DNA from: Utricularia gibba
Lineage: Eukaryota; Plantae; Magnoliophyta
Assembly (NCBI GenBank): GCA_002189035.1
Contig: NEEC01000016.1
Span: forward strand, 2,108,001-2,172,000
Direction of reading: 5' to 3'
Length of the DNA stretch: 64,000 nt
Shown piece by piece: positions 23,386-35,865 of the stretch (its first letter is position 1; the number at the start of each line of letters is the position of its first letter). The position numbers and the translations under genes were made by a program. A model generated the notes under the pieces. It searched no databases. It saw only the letters and a program-made list of their open reading frames with translations, and was not told where the DNA came from.

Positions 23386-26300
23386 TGATGTTCCTAGCTA
23401 GGAGCAATATCAATTAAGAGTACTTTCTTTGATCTTTGCTAAGATTGTGTTATGAGATATATTACAGTCATATAGGTTTTTCCATAATTATAGTTAGGAT
23501 CTTATGTATATAAACATACATTCTGATTAACAATTGACTACCATTTTCTCTCCATTTCACTTGTTAAATTCTTCATGGTATCAAGTAGTAATTATCTACT
23601 CTATTGCTTAGCCCTACTATTATTCTGTCGAATGACCTTCTCGTATCTCTCAGGCTTGTCCTCCTTTACCTTCAATCGTTTCGATGGCCACAATTACATA
23701 GCAAGGCCGAAAATTGTGTATATAGCATTAGGTGGGCAAGATTGTCTCCACCACATCAATGGCACAACAATTCTGCCAATCTTACCCATCTAACCCATTG
23801 GTATGAACACCACTGCACTTGGAAAGTGGGTTGAATCAACCAAGAATTATCATGAATGGCAGCGACAAGATTTTCAGGTTATGTTATTCATCTTGAATTC
23901 TATGAAAAATGATCTTTCTGAGGCTTTCATCTATGCTAACATTGCATGAGAAGTATGGGAAGAGATCTATCGGCACTTTGGGGCCTTAGTAGAACCTCAT
24001 ATCTTCCATCTTAGGGGTGAATTGCAAACTTGGTTCAGGAAGGAGATTCAGTCATGACATACTATACAAGGTTAAAGTGAATATGGAATCAATTGGATTT
24101 GTTGTGACCCTTGTCTTCTGCTGTCGAAGAACTTAGAGATCAACTCTAATATGGAGAGGATCCTAATCATATCAACAATTTCTATTTATTCTTGACACCT
24201 CATGTTATTCGCTCTAGAACCAAATTATTGTTTCTCGTATATCCCTTGATGAAGCCTATCGTCTTGTACACACATGTAAATGACATCGGAATTAAACCAC
24301 CATTGATACAATGCCATTCATAGTCATGCAAGATGCCTCAGCTACCAAAGAATCTAGCTCGTCGACCCCCTCCACCACATTAGGGAACAAACGACATGAG
24401 TAGTTCACCTATTGTTGTAACTCAGGACACACACGAGACCAATGTTGGAGGCTACATGGATGTCTGGATGGTCCAAAACATCACAATGTGAATATGGCTG
24501 ATACCCTTGGTGCAATACCACCCGAATTTGTTACTCTTGTTCACTCCTTATGGACTCAATACCAAAAAAATTCTGCATTGAGGACTGCACAAAATAATGA
24601 CACTGCAAACAATCGAGAGTTTGTAGGTATGAATTCCAACATTTCACATAACCTTGCATCTGATTGGATCTTAGACTCTAATGCTATGTCCCATATGTGC
24701 GGTCCACAAATTGCTCTCGGTGACTTTAAGATTTGATTTACACTCAAAAGTTTTCCAACCAAATAACATTGGTCTTCCATTAATTGGTATTGGAAACCTT
24801 CGTTTGCGTTTAGGCCTCCTCTGGTCAAATATTCTTAAAGGAGAACAACTTACGAGTGGTTTTCGATGCTGATTGATGTTTATTATAGGATCGGAAAAGC
24901 GACAATTGCTTGTATCTCGTGCCTGATGTAAATCTTGGACAACACTAATGTCTCTTTTGAATTTTTCCTTTGTTTCAAATAAGTCTATAGATTTGCAAAC
25001 TTGGCATCAGCGTTTTGGACATGTTTCTATCCATTTTTACGTAGAATTCCCTTTCTACATAACTTTAAAGTTCATAACTCCATATGTCCTATTTGTTACT
25101 TGTCAAAGTAGACTAGATTACTCTTTCAAAGAAATTTTAAGTGGTCTTTACAATCTTTCGATGAAATATATCTTGATTGATGAGGACATTATCGCATAAC
25201 CTCTCGATATGGGGCAAGATATCTCTTAACCATTTTTATGATTATTCTCAAGCAATATGGATTTATCTTCTTTCTGACAAGGCTCATGTCATCAAAAGAG
25301 TTATGGACTTCATTTGTCTTATCCAAATTCAATTTAATGCCACGATCATATAGATTCAATTTGATAATAAGTATGAATTTATGAATTCCATCTGCTGTAC
25401 TATATTTCGGATATGTGGAATTTAGCATAATCGTACGTGTACTCATTTAGCACAACAAAATGATCATGTTGAAAGAAAACATCATCACCTTGCTAAATTA
25501 GCTCATTCTATGCTTCTGCTTTCTAGCTTACCTCAATGAAGACTCTTTATGACCTTCCCTTTCCAAAAACTCCAGATTGTTTTCATTTTCATGTTTTTAT
25601 ATATCACATGTATGCTGCAATTACTATACCTCATATGCATAAATTTGCTCCTAGAAGTATACCTACGGTATTCTTGGGATACATGATGACATCTCACAAC
25701 TATCGACTATTGAATTTGCATATGAAACATGTATTCATTTGTTGTGATGTTTTTTTCATTGAAGATTTTTTCCCATTTCGGAATTCTAAGGATTCATGGG
25801 ACTTTACTCGGCCACCACCATTTCACAAAACCTCGACCAATCATCTATGAAGGGCTATGTTTATGATTTCTCTCACCCCCTTCTCTTGTGGATCAAAATT
25901 CCCCTAACATAAAAAGGGAGAAGACATATTGCAGGATCGTCTTTCTTCTAATGTAGATACTTCTAATGACAACAATTCGAATGATGTTTTTCATGGAGGT
26001 GATCTTATTATCAATGATTCATAGATTATTATTGACTTTCTGACCATGAGTACAGAGGTTGTACAATTGTGAAGGTTTGTTAGGATCTGACATGCTCTTA
26101 CATGGATGGCTGACTATTCCATCAACCTTCTTTCTAATACTAAGTAGTTGGCATTCATGAGTATGCTTCATAATAGTCAAGAACCAAGAACTTGCATGGA
26201 AGCATCTTAGGACTCTCAATGGATAGAAGCCATGAATGATGAACTTGAAGCCTTATAATGCAAAAGGGTTACAAAATTAAGTTGAATCTTGATGGTTCAA

Positions 26301-26940
26301 TTAATAAGTGCAAATCTAGACTAGTGGCACAAGGATTTAGCCAAGTAGAAGAAATTGACTATATTGATATGTTTGCTCTAGTGGCTAAGATCTTGGGTGT
26401 TAAAGCAATTGTACATCAATGATGTCTTTCTCCACATTACTCTTAGAGAAGAGGTCTACATGATGATGCCTTAGGGATATAAAGACATTCAACCTTCCAA
26501 GGTGTGTAGGCTTCTAAAATCCCTATATGGCCTCAAGCAAGCATCTCAACAATAGAATCATGAGCTTGCCGTAGCACTCTCTTCGATTGGATTCATTGCA
26601 TTAGCAAATAATCCTTGTTTTTTCACTTGCATAGATGGTATTCTAGTGATTGGATCTTCTCCTAATAAAATCTTCCATCTCACTCAATTCTTGAATGAGA
26701 CAATGAAAAATGTGGGTGGGGTGAAATATTTTCTTGAATTGGAGCTATATCATTCTCAAGAGAGAGTATTTTTCAATCAGTGCAACTTTTATCAAGGATA
26801 TTATTCAAGAGGTAGGGCTCTTAGATAGTCAGCCAACACCCTCACCAATGCCAATAGGCTTGAAGTTGTTTGATGATATGGCAACATCCTCACCAATGCT
26901 TCTTCTTGTTTGTCTCCCCCCTTTCAAAGTGTCTAGGTGT
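23386..26940 (+). mobile_element. Degenerate Ty1/copia element (Ale/Retrofit-like), 3'-truncated
   Basis: PBS-like ca|tggtatca at 23574-23583. gag RFDGHNY..EWQRQDFQVMLFILNSM..A*EVWEE, zinc knuckle CCNSGHTRDQCW (~24410), protease WILDSNAMSHMC (~24660), WHQRFGH (~25005), integrase, and RT (..SLYGLKQASQQ* ~26520). Left boundary approximate. Confidence 0.85.
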
Positions 26941-27319
26941 TAATCTCCTCTTAGACCTATTTTTCTTGATATTGGAAGTTATGTATAAATATTTCTTCTT
27001 TCCTTGCTTTTTGGAAAAAAGGTAGATGTACCTTTCAAACAATACCATTCATAGAATAATTAATGTCAAGTAAAAATAAAAAATCTTACACTTTAAAATA
27101 CCAATAAATTACACATCAAAAAAGATTTAAAATTGAAACATATTGTTAAATGTTACTATGACACATTTAATTGGGTGTGGGTTCATATTGGTTTTTTATG
27201 ATATTGGGCCACAAATTGAACTTCATGGATAGAGTGTTGTGTTGGTGGTAGTTGGACGACCTATGCTGAATTAAGCTTCGATTGGTTGGATTGAAGGTCT
27301 ATGGTCTAGGCCCCATAGG

Positions 27320-27525
27320 TGTCATAACCCATGTAGGAGTATGTTGAAATTCGATGATGATATAGCATGCAGAGAGGCTAATGGACCAACAAGGAGGGGC
27401 TATGAGGAACCCCTTTGATTGGCTGTCGCATGCAAGGAATCGGTCAGATCCGAACACGGTGTGCAACTCTTGACATAGGTGTACTAGGCTCTCGAGTTAA
27501 CCTCAAGGGTGCTCGTGGGAGAGAC
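27320..27525 (+). repeat. 5' part of a Tekay LTR, interrupted by Athila copy A
   Basis: tgtcataacc.. is collinear with 37144-37350 up to gagac, where the Athila LTR begins. Confidence 0.85.
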
Positions 27526-28702
27526 TGATGAACGTTGGAAATTAGGTTGTTAAATGTCGTGGTTTAGCACATTCAATGCATCAAAAGAAATTTATAAACT
27601 AAGCTATTCTACTACACAAATCACAAGAATTAATGTAATGTGGCAAGCAAGGGTTGAATCAACAGGGAATGGTTTCAATTTCTGAAGTTTAACACATTTT
27701 CTAGAAACAGGGGGGTTTTCTCGGAATTAGTTCTAATGCGGGTAAGATCTAAAATAATAGTGACTAAAATAAACGAGTTGCAATGGTGAAAAGAGACTGA
27801 GATTAACTTGAAGGTGCAGAAAATGTAAAGTAAAAGTAATTTGGCTAGGTTTTACACCAGGGTCTGGTTCTTGTGTTACTCAAGAGAGCCCTTAGGCTTA
27901 AACTCAGCTTGGAAACGCTTAAAAACAGAGTAAGAGTGTGTGAAAACAGAACATGCGTGCGCAGGAACAGTAAATAGCAGATTAAGCTTAAATGCAAACG
28001 TGAAAATCTTAAGCAGAAGCATGTTTATAAGCTAAAGTAAGGTCTACAAAGAGTTTCCCGTTCACAGCAAGGTACCGAAATGCAGCAGAAAGCATAAAAA
28101 CGAAAACAATAACAACATCAAGTTCGTGCAGAAATGGAAGTGCAGAAATGTTTAAATGAAAGTTGCAGGATGCTTCCGTGTGCTGGAGATCTGCTGAAAA
28201 TTGAAGTTCTGGCCGAAAAGATGGTGTAGACACATAGATCTAGAGGTCGATGGAGACATTCGCCGGAGAAATGAAGTTCCCCTTGCTCCCGTTCCGCCTG
28301 TTCGTCCCTTTGTGCACTCTGCGTGCACAGTGTACGCTTCTCGTGTCTCTCTTTTCCTTTTTCCTTTTGCAGTTCAAAAGTAAGGGTAGTCTTGTCTTTT
28401 CCTCTGGCTTTTAGAAGAGAGATCTCGCTCAAAATCTTATCTTTGCAGAAGGGTGGCTGCTTTCAGCGAAAGTGGCTTTTGCACAGCTTTTTCTATCCCC
28501 TTTGACTTGTCAACACGGAAAATGCGCTGCTACAATACTAGCTCTTACCCTAGTAAGACTTAAAACACAGACTAGACGAAATATTAGAGTTTCTAGCAGA
28601 CTAAATATGCAAAAGGAGACAATTTAGCACACAAATTAACATTTAACCCTACAAAACACACTTAAAAACATATATAAAAACACAATAAAAACGGTATTAT
28701 CA
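27526..28702 (-). repeat. Athila copy A 3' LTR (1177 bp)
   Basis: Termini tgatgaacg.. and ..gtattatca, followed by the PPT/CTTGAGGACAAG region in reverse complement. Confidence 0.9.
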
Positions 28703-29749
28703 CACTATCCTACAACGACTCTAGACTTGTCCTCAAGTCTAAAACAGAAAATAAAACAGAAAATCTAAGGTTGAGTCTGCTGAGGCAAAGAAATGGTGTA
28801 CGGTCATGCTATCCATGTAATGAGTGAAGGTAAGATATAGCAAGTGCTAGGAATAAGAATTTCACTCAAGCAAGATAATAGAGGTTACTCGCATGCATCA
28901 AGTGTTCAAAAATCACATCTGCACTAGTCCTAACTTGATCCTAGCAATAAGTAGCGTTCGACCAGTGAAATGTATGGCTTTACCCAATGAGACACTTAAG
29001 ACTAATTGTGGTGTTATGGCTGAAAATGAAAATAATGCACATGGAGGTACTGAACAAAAACATGAGAAGTTGAGAACTCTTTTACTACAACCTCGACATA
29101 GTCCCCTCCCGTTCATGCATCCTTATTTCTCCTAGGGTGGCTGGCCAGACCACTAAGTATGTTAAGGGAAAATGCAAGGGTCATAGTGTTGAAGTCTCAA
29201 GCTCTGAATTTTTTTTTTTATAGCACGGCTTTTCTGGTGTGCCTGCCTTTTGTACCTCTCCACCTTTCTCTTTTTTTTCTTTATATACATATAGCTCGGC
29301 TTTTTAGATTTGAGCTTGCCTTTTATCATCAAGAAAAAAAATTTTTTTATGTGCATCAGCCACGTTCTATGTGTCTCACTAAGCTCAAGCCACAGCCATG
29401 TATCAAAGTGCAACATATTAGCTATTTACAAGTAACTCCTAGTGCAGTAAAGTAAAACACTAGCAGCATGCATGCACTTCTCTAAAAATCTCGCTACCCT
29501 CATATAAGTCTTATGCAGGTAAGAACTAAAAAGGCTAAGTCCTCATAGAAGCGAAGGGGTAGGCATATTACATTTCAAGCATGAACCGAAATTCCTAAAC
29601 ATGCTCAGCAGTACTCAAGGCAACAAAACACAGACAAACAACTACGATCACATTCAATGACAAGTAGGAAAACTAAAGCATATAAAACACAGCAGGCATA
29701 TATACAAAACAAACAGGGTAAAAAGTCCAATCAAGAGTGAGGAGGGATA

Positions 29750-32700
29750 GTAGGACCTGCGCTTGTCTGTAAGTCAAGCAGAGTCTCCAAATACATCTTC
29801 AAGGTTCCTACAATACCTCTCAACTCACGAATCTACTTCAAGCAGCAACAGTTTCTGCTCTTCACAGGTGTTTGCCCTGCCCCAACAGATGTAAAAGCTT
29901 CTTGAGCATTGGACAAGGGCTGCCCCACTACATTTCCATCACCTGTGCTCAACAAAAATACGATCTTGCCTTTTGCAAGTCGAATCATGCCAATGTTCAT
30001 GAGAAAAGACAAGTCTATGGGGAGATGTGGGGGTCCAATGTGCAAATTCGCATTTTCTAAAATGTCAGGACTAAATTCTTTCAGAGCCAAATAAGAAATC
30101 CAATTTCCAAACTAAAAAGTCAAGATAGGGGTCCTATTTCCTACTTCCTTTTTCATCAAATCCGCAAGCAATTGATGACACACATTTTTCTTGAAATTTA
30201 TAATGCAAAATAGTTATATTTTATTATGGTTTAGGTTAGATAAATGTGGTTTTTCATGTTTTAGTAGTGTTCATGTTAATCTCATGTGATTATGTGAAAA
30301 GTGGACTAAATGCTTTGATTTAGTCCACAACTCTTGTTACTGATGTTTCAGTAAGTTCAGCAGGGAGATGGGCCGAAAATCAGACTTGCAAGCGTGTAAA
30401 ACAAGCGAAAAAGGGCGCAAAATATGGAGAAGGACAAAGAGCATTGTTCTGCTGCCACCGCAGTCTGCAAGTTCAGGCCAGGAGCAGTACTGGCGGTTAG
30501 AAACAGTACTGGTAGTCAGGAACAGTGTAATGGAGTGAAGCATTGAAAATGATGCAGAGCGCGAAGAGGCAAACACACAGAAAAAACACCAACCAGAAGG
30601 GGGAAGGGAGGCCTCCATCATCAGGAACAGCACCGGAGCCCAGTGTAGCGCTACTCTTCCGGGCGGTGAACAGTAGCTAGCGGGCGGAAAAACATTCCTT
30701 ATTTACTTTCCGTTTTCTGAACATTTCAAGTTTCTGCATTTGACTTGTTTACAATGTTTTTGCCATTTTGGCCAGTTTATATGAACGAAATCGTGTTTTA
30801 TTTCCCAAGCATGAGTGGCTAGAGTCTTAGGGATGCCTTAAGGAGAAGTGGGTGGTATGTGCTTAGGTTGATGATGAAATTTATGTGTATTCCTTAACTC
30901 TTGTTTCTAACAAACCATGGGTAGACCTAAGGATGGAAGCTAGTAGTTTCACAACTTAGATGCTTGGTTTAGAGGTAGACCAACAAACCAAGACGGGAGC
31001 AATCGGTATTAGTCCAGGGTAGAACTAGTAGAATCGGGTAGACCTAGTTCTATATGCCTTGCATGCGGGTAGACCTAATTGCAATGTGGGTTATGACATT
31101 AGGGACTAGCTTAAGCCAAAAATATGATGAATGACCTGGGTAGACTTAGGTTATTTGAAGTTGTGAGTGTAGGAAGATAATAAATTGAGTTAGGAAGCTT
31201 AGCATAACACCACCCGCAGACCCTTAAGGCGTCCTCGTGTTAGTCTGCATCAAAACTAGTAACTATTGCCCTAGTGTATAAACCCGATATTGCTTACCTA
31301 CCTTGTTTACTGAACTTGTTTACCACTGTTAATCTGAGCTTAGACTAAGGCCTACTATTATCCGAAATTATGCATGTACTGAGACACTTGACAAGCACCA
31401 TCTCCTTGTGATCGACCCCGACATCCACTATACAAGTTTTCTAAATTTGTATTTTGTGTAGATTAGGGATTATAAATTTATTTGATACGGATTTTCTATT
31501 TTTATTTGCAACGATATTAGGAAATTTCCGTTTATCAGCAATGCACCAACATTCAATGGCCTTTTTATCATTAAAATCCATAAAATAAAGGTTTCATTTT
31601 TAAACAAAGAATTGAAAGCTCGTTGATGTTGGAAAAAGGAAGCAGAAAGCAAGATATGAATAATCCTCCACACAGGGTTTACTATCAAACTAGGCTTAGT
31701 ACCTTTCTACTTAAAAACAATCTCACACTGCTCAGTCAATTATTCATACACTTCATTCTCATCAAAATAATCAGCACCAGGAAAATCAAACATAGAGGTT
31801 TGGAAAGTAGTGAAATTTACATCATCCTCAGAAACAAATCCTAAGGCTCGATTCCAGTCAGCTAAAGAGTATGCACACCATTTTCCAAATAAGCGAAATT
31901 GAATAATACCAGGGGCAAAAACAGTTTCAGGCACATCATATGCAAAAGTGGTGAAAAATTCATAACACAATTCAGCACAGGTAGGCAGCTTGTTCTGAAA
32001 AATATGAAGGAATGGTGTACCTACTAACCGTTTGTTTACCTCCTGCTCAATGCCAAGATGTTTCAGCGTTTCAGTGTCAAGGTAGCGCACTGGTGCTGGC
32101 CCTGCTCCAAAAATTGTATCCAGCTTTTCCTTGTGGGCTCTGCTGCTGAACCATAGGTGCTTTGTAAAAATTTCTGTGTCCTCCTTAGTGAAAATGCCCG
32201 CCCTCCTCCAGTCATTCTTCTTGAGCAGTCTTCCAACTCCACCATGGTGATGTCCCTATCTGCAAAAATGGTAGAGCTAACAGGGGGCTCAGTCATATTC
32301 TTTTTACCTTTCTCCTCCTTGCGTTGTTTCGCTTTTCCTCCCTTCTGCATTTTTCAAGCCTCCTTCTCCTCTCATGGCCATTTCTTTTATTCTTTGGTGA
32401 CTCTCTCTGGTCGTTCTCTTCATACAACAGAATCCTCTGCCCTTGCTATCTCGGTAGGTGCGGGCGTAGGTTCAGGTCTCTTCTTGCTTGTTTCTGCCGT
32501 GTCCTTCTTTTTATTGGAAGCTGCTGCCTTCCTTGTTGGTTCAGAGGGTGTTGGCGAAGGCGCAGGAGCCTTTATGGGGACTTGTCCTTGTGTGCTGCTG
32601 CTGCACCCTTCTTCTTGCTAACAGCATTTTCCTCCTCCCACTGTTTGGCTGCAAATCATCTTCCTCTACCCTTTGCTTGCGCGTTATGTAGGTGCGATGA

Positions 32701-33425
32701 GTCACACACTGCTTGACTCTGCTTCGCTTGCCCGTAACAGGTCTCACCGTGGTTGTCCTTGTTGGAGTACTGCTTTGAGAGGCTTTTGGTACAGCACTAG
32801 GGGCAGATGTGGTAGCAGGGGCTGCAATTTTGGGAATACCCCTCTCCGGGGGGTCTGAAATTTCCTGGTCCTCAAGGAAATCCGGGTAAATAGAGTCGGG
32901 TGTAAGCGGGGGTCCAGGGGTGAAGCGTTCCGGTGGTGGAGGAGTAGCAGAAATAGTAACCACCGGAGGTGGGGAAGGGGTGTGGTGGTGGGTGGTCGAT
33001 GCAGTAGTCGAAGGGCGAGGGGTAGCCAAAGTGAGGGAAAAATCAAGCGAACCCACCGAATTTGGGGTTGGAGAGATGGGCCGCATGGGGGAACGTCTGC
33101 GTGGTGATGGTGTAACAGCAGCAGGGGGTGGTTGTGGCACAGGAACGGGCAAAGAGGCGCTGGAAGCAAGTGTATGGAGATGGGCGACTCGTAGACCCAT
33201 CAGCAACTGCAGAATGTCGGTTTCCACTTGCGCAGCAAGCAGCATTTCGTTGGAAGAGGGCCTATGGCTCGCGGCAGAGGGTGCGGTAACATATTCGGGG
33301 AAAAACTGAACAGTGCGCGGCACATCAAAGTGCAAGTTGGTGGGTACGGAGGCTGTCGGAACAGATGGGTGGTCAAGGGTGGCTGGCAGCATGGCGGTTG
33401 AGTCGGAGGACGGGAGGTTCACCAT
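29750..33425 (-). pseudogene. Athila ORF2 (env-like position): Pro/Ser/Thr-rich N-terminus, Lys/Glu-rich linker, ATHILA/plant-transposon-protein-like domain
   Basis: 32541-33425 (P/S/T-rich), 31740-32090 (YLDTETLKHLGIEQEV..ELCYEFFTTF..FRLFGKWCAYSLADWNRALG), then PSLIVNPVWRIIHILLS. Split by the solo LTR at 30173-31537; multiple stops. Confidence 0.8.
30173..31537 (+). mobile_element. Athila-type solo LTR (1365 bp) with perfect 5-bp TSD
   Basis: gcaat|TGATGACAC..CGTTTATCA|gcaat (TSD at 30168-30172 and 31538-31542). Confidence 0.95.
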
Positions 33426-35865
33426 GAAAGAGGTGAAACGGTTCTGTGAAAAGAGGCAAAGGGTGCAATAGGGAAAGTAGCTGTTGGGAGAAAGGGTTTC
33501 CCACCCGGTTTAAATTGAAACTATTGGGCCTGTGTAACTAGAAACAAAGAAAGATTTGCAACTATACAAGAGATAGTCCATTGCACCAGAAACTAACAGT
33601 GGGGTAGAAAAAATCAACAAGATAACAGATTGCAATCGCACAAAAGGCAAAATGCATAACTGAAAGTGCAGAAATAAAATAAAGATGCATAAAGAAAATA
33701 AAAGGAGAAAATAGAAGTTACCTCCCAGCGAGGACCCTAGAATAAGTCTTAGGGTAAGACTTAAGTGGAACGTCTTAAGGAGGACTTTCAGTGAATGCCA
33801 CAGCATCCATAGGGTGTCGCACTTCATCAATCATAATCTCATGGAACACTTTCAATCTGCGACCATTCACAGTGAATGAGCTGTGCATGTCTTTATCAAT
33901 AAACTCAATGGAACCATTAGGATTCACATGTTTAATCACAAAAGGTCCCCAACGAGATTTCAGTTTACCTAGGTGAAGTTTGAGATTAGATTGAAATAAT
34001 AATACCTTCTACTCAGGTTCAAAGTGCTTTCGCAAGATCTAACGGTCATGGAACTGCTTTGTGCGTTCCTTGAAGATTTTAGAATTCATGTAGGCCTCAT
34101 GTCTTAGCTCATCAAGCTCTGAAAGTTGGAGCTTTCTCAAATCACCACTGCCTTGAAACTCCAAGTTCACTCGCTAGATCGCCAATCTAGCCTTCTGCTC
34201 TAATTCGATGGGCAAATGGCAATGTTTACCATATACAAGGCGAAAGGGAGACATACCAGGGTTTTGAAGGCTGTGCGAATTGCCCACAAGGTGTCATTCA
34301 GCTTAGAGCTCCAGTCCTTGCAAGAATAAGTCACAGTCTTTTCCAGAGTTCACTTGATCTCCCGATTAGAAACTTCTGCTAAGGTGATTTGCAACTTCAT
34401 TGAGCTTCCCAGGCTTATCCCTGATTTCCATATTGAACTCTTGCAGCAATAAGACCCACCTCATAAGCCTCAATTTGGTCTCCTTCTTAGACATGAGGTG
34501 TTTGATGGCGGCATGATCTGTGTGCACAATCACTTTGTTACCCAACAAATAGCTTCTTAACTTCTCCAATGCAAAGACAACAGCTAGCATCTCCTTCTCA
34601 GTTGTAGTGTAATTTTCTTGAGCATTATCCAAGGTTTTGGAGGCATAGCTGATGATAGTGTCTTTTCCATCGAGTTTCTAGCCTAACACAGCTCCTACTG
34701 CATAGTTGGAAGCATCAGTCACCACATGGAATGGCTCACTCCAATTGGGAGCTTGAATGATAGGAGCTGATGTAACGGCCACCTTGAGAGTGTCAAAAGC
34801 ATGCTTGCATTCATCTGAAAAGACACACTCAACGTCTTTCTGCAAGAGGTTGGTAATTAGTCGAGCAATTTGAGAAAAACCTTTAATAAACCTCCTGTAA
34901 AATCTGACATGGCCTAAAAATGCACGAACTCCTCTTTCATCATGTGGATATGGTAAACTAGAAATAGTACTTACCTTAGCAGGATCTATCGTAAGACCTG
35001 CTTTAGAAACAACATGGCCTAGTACAATTCCTTGGCGTACCATGAAATGACATTTTTCAGAGTTCAAAACTAAATCCTTTTCAACACAACGTTTCAACAC
35101 AAGTTTCAATTGATTTAAACAATCATCAAAGCTTGTCCCATGCACAGTAAAGTCATCCATGAATACTTCTATGAAATCATTAGTATAATCCGAAAAAATG
35201 CTGGTGCCTTTGAAATGTTGCTGGGGCGTTGCAGAGGCCAAATGACATCTTCTTGTATGCATAGGTGCCAAAGGGACAGATAAAGGTCGTCTTTTCTTGA
35301 TCATTCGGTCCCACAACAACCTGGTTATACCCTGAGTACCCATCAAGAAAGCAGTAAAAACTCTTACTAAACTTGTCCAACATTTGGTCTACGAAGGGTA
35401 GAGGGTAGTGATCCTTCCTCATTACTTCGTACAGCTTCCTATAGTCGATACCCTCTAGCCATTCTGAACTCGCGTCACCACCTTCTTTCCATCAGCATCT
35501 TCGACAACTATAATTCCTGTCTTTTTTAGGGACTACGTGGATAGGACTTACCCACGTGCTATCAGAAATCGAATAAATCACTCCAACTTTCAATAGCTTC
35601 TGGATTTCCTTTTTCACTACCTCTATGAGGGTAGGATTAAGCCTTCTTTGAGGTTGTCTAATCGGTTTTGCTCCGTCTTCAAGATAAATCCTATGCATTG
35701 TGACAGAAGAGCTAATTCCGGTTATATCATCCAATATCCAGCCAATGGCCTTGCTATTAGCTTTCAGAACATCCATCAGCTTCATCTCTTCTTCACAAGA
35801 AAGATCAGCACTAATAATCACCAGTTTTGAATTGTCACCAATATGCATACTTGAGATGTGATGTA

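Larger units (their letters stand above)
27526..35865 (-). mobile_element. Athila copy A: 3' LTR, 3' UTR, ORF2 and partial pol; 5' LTR, gag and protease are missing
   Basis: LTR 27526-28702 (TGAT..ATCA). ORF2 ~29750-33425. Integrase tail 33780-34360. RNase H 34366-34632 ([27 protein letters not shown]). RT 34678-35848 (RKDHYPLPF..LDGYSGYNQ..VFMDDF). Confidence 0.95.
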
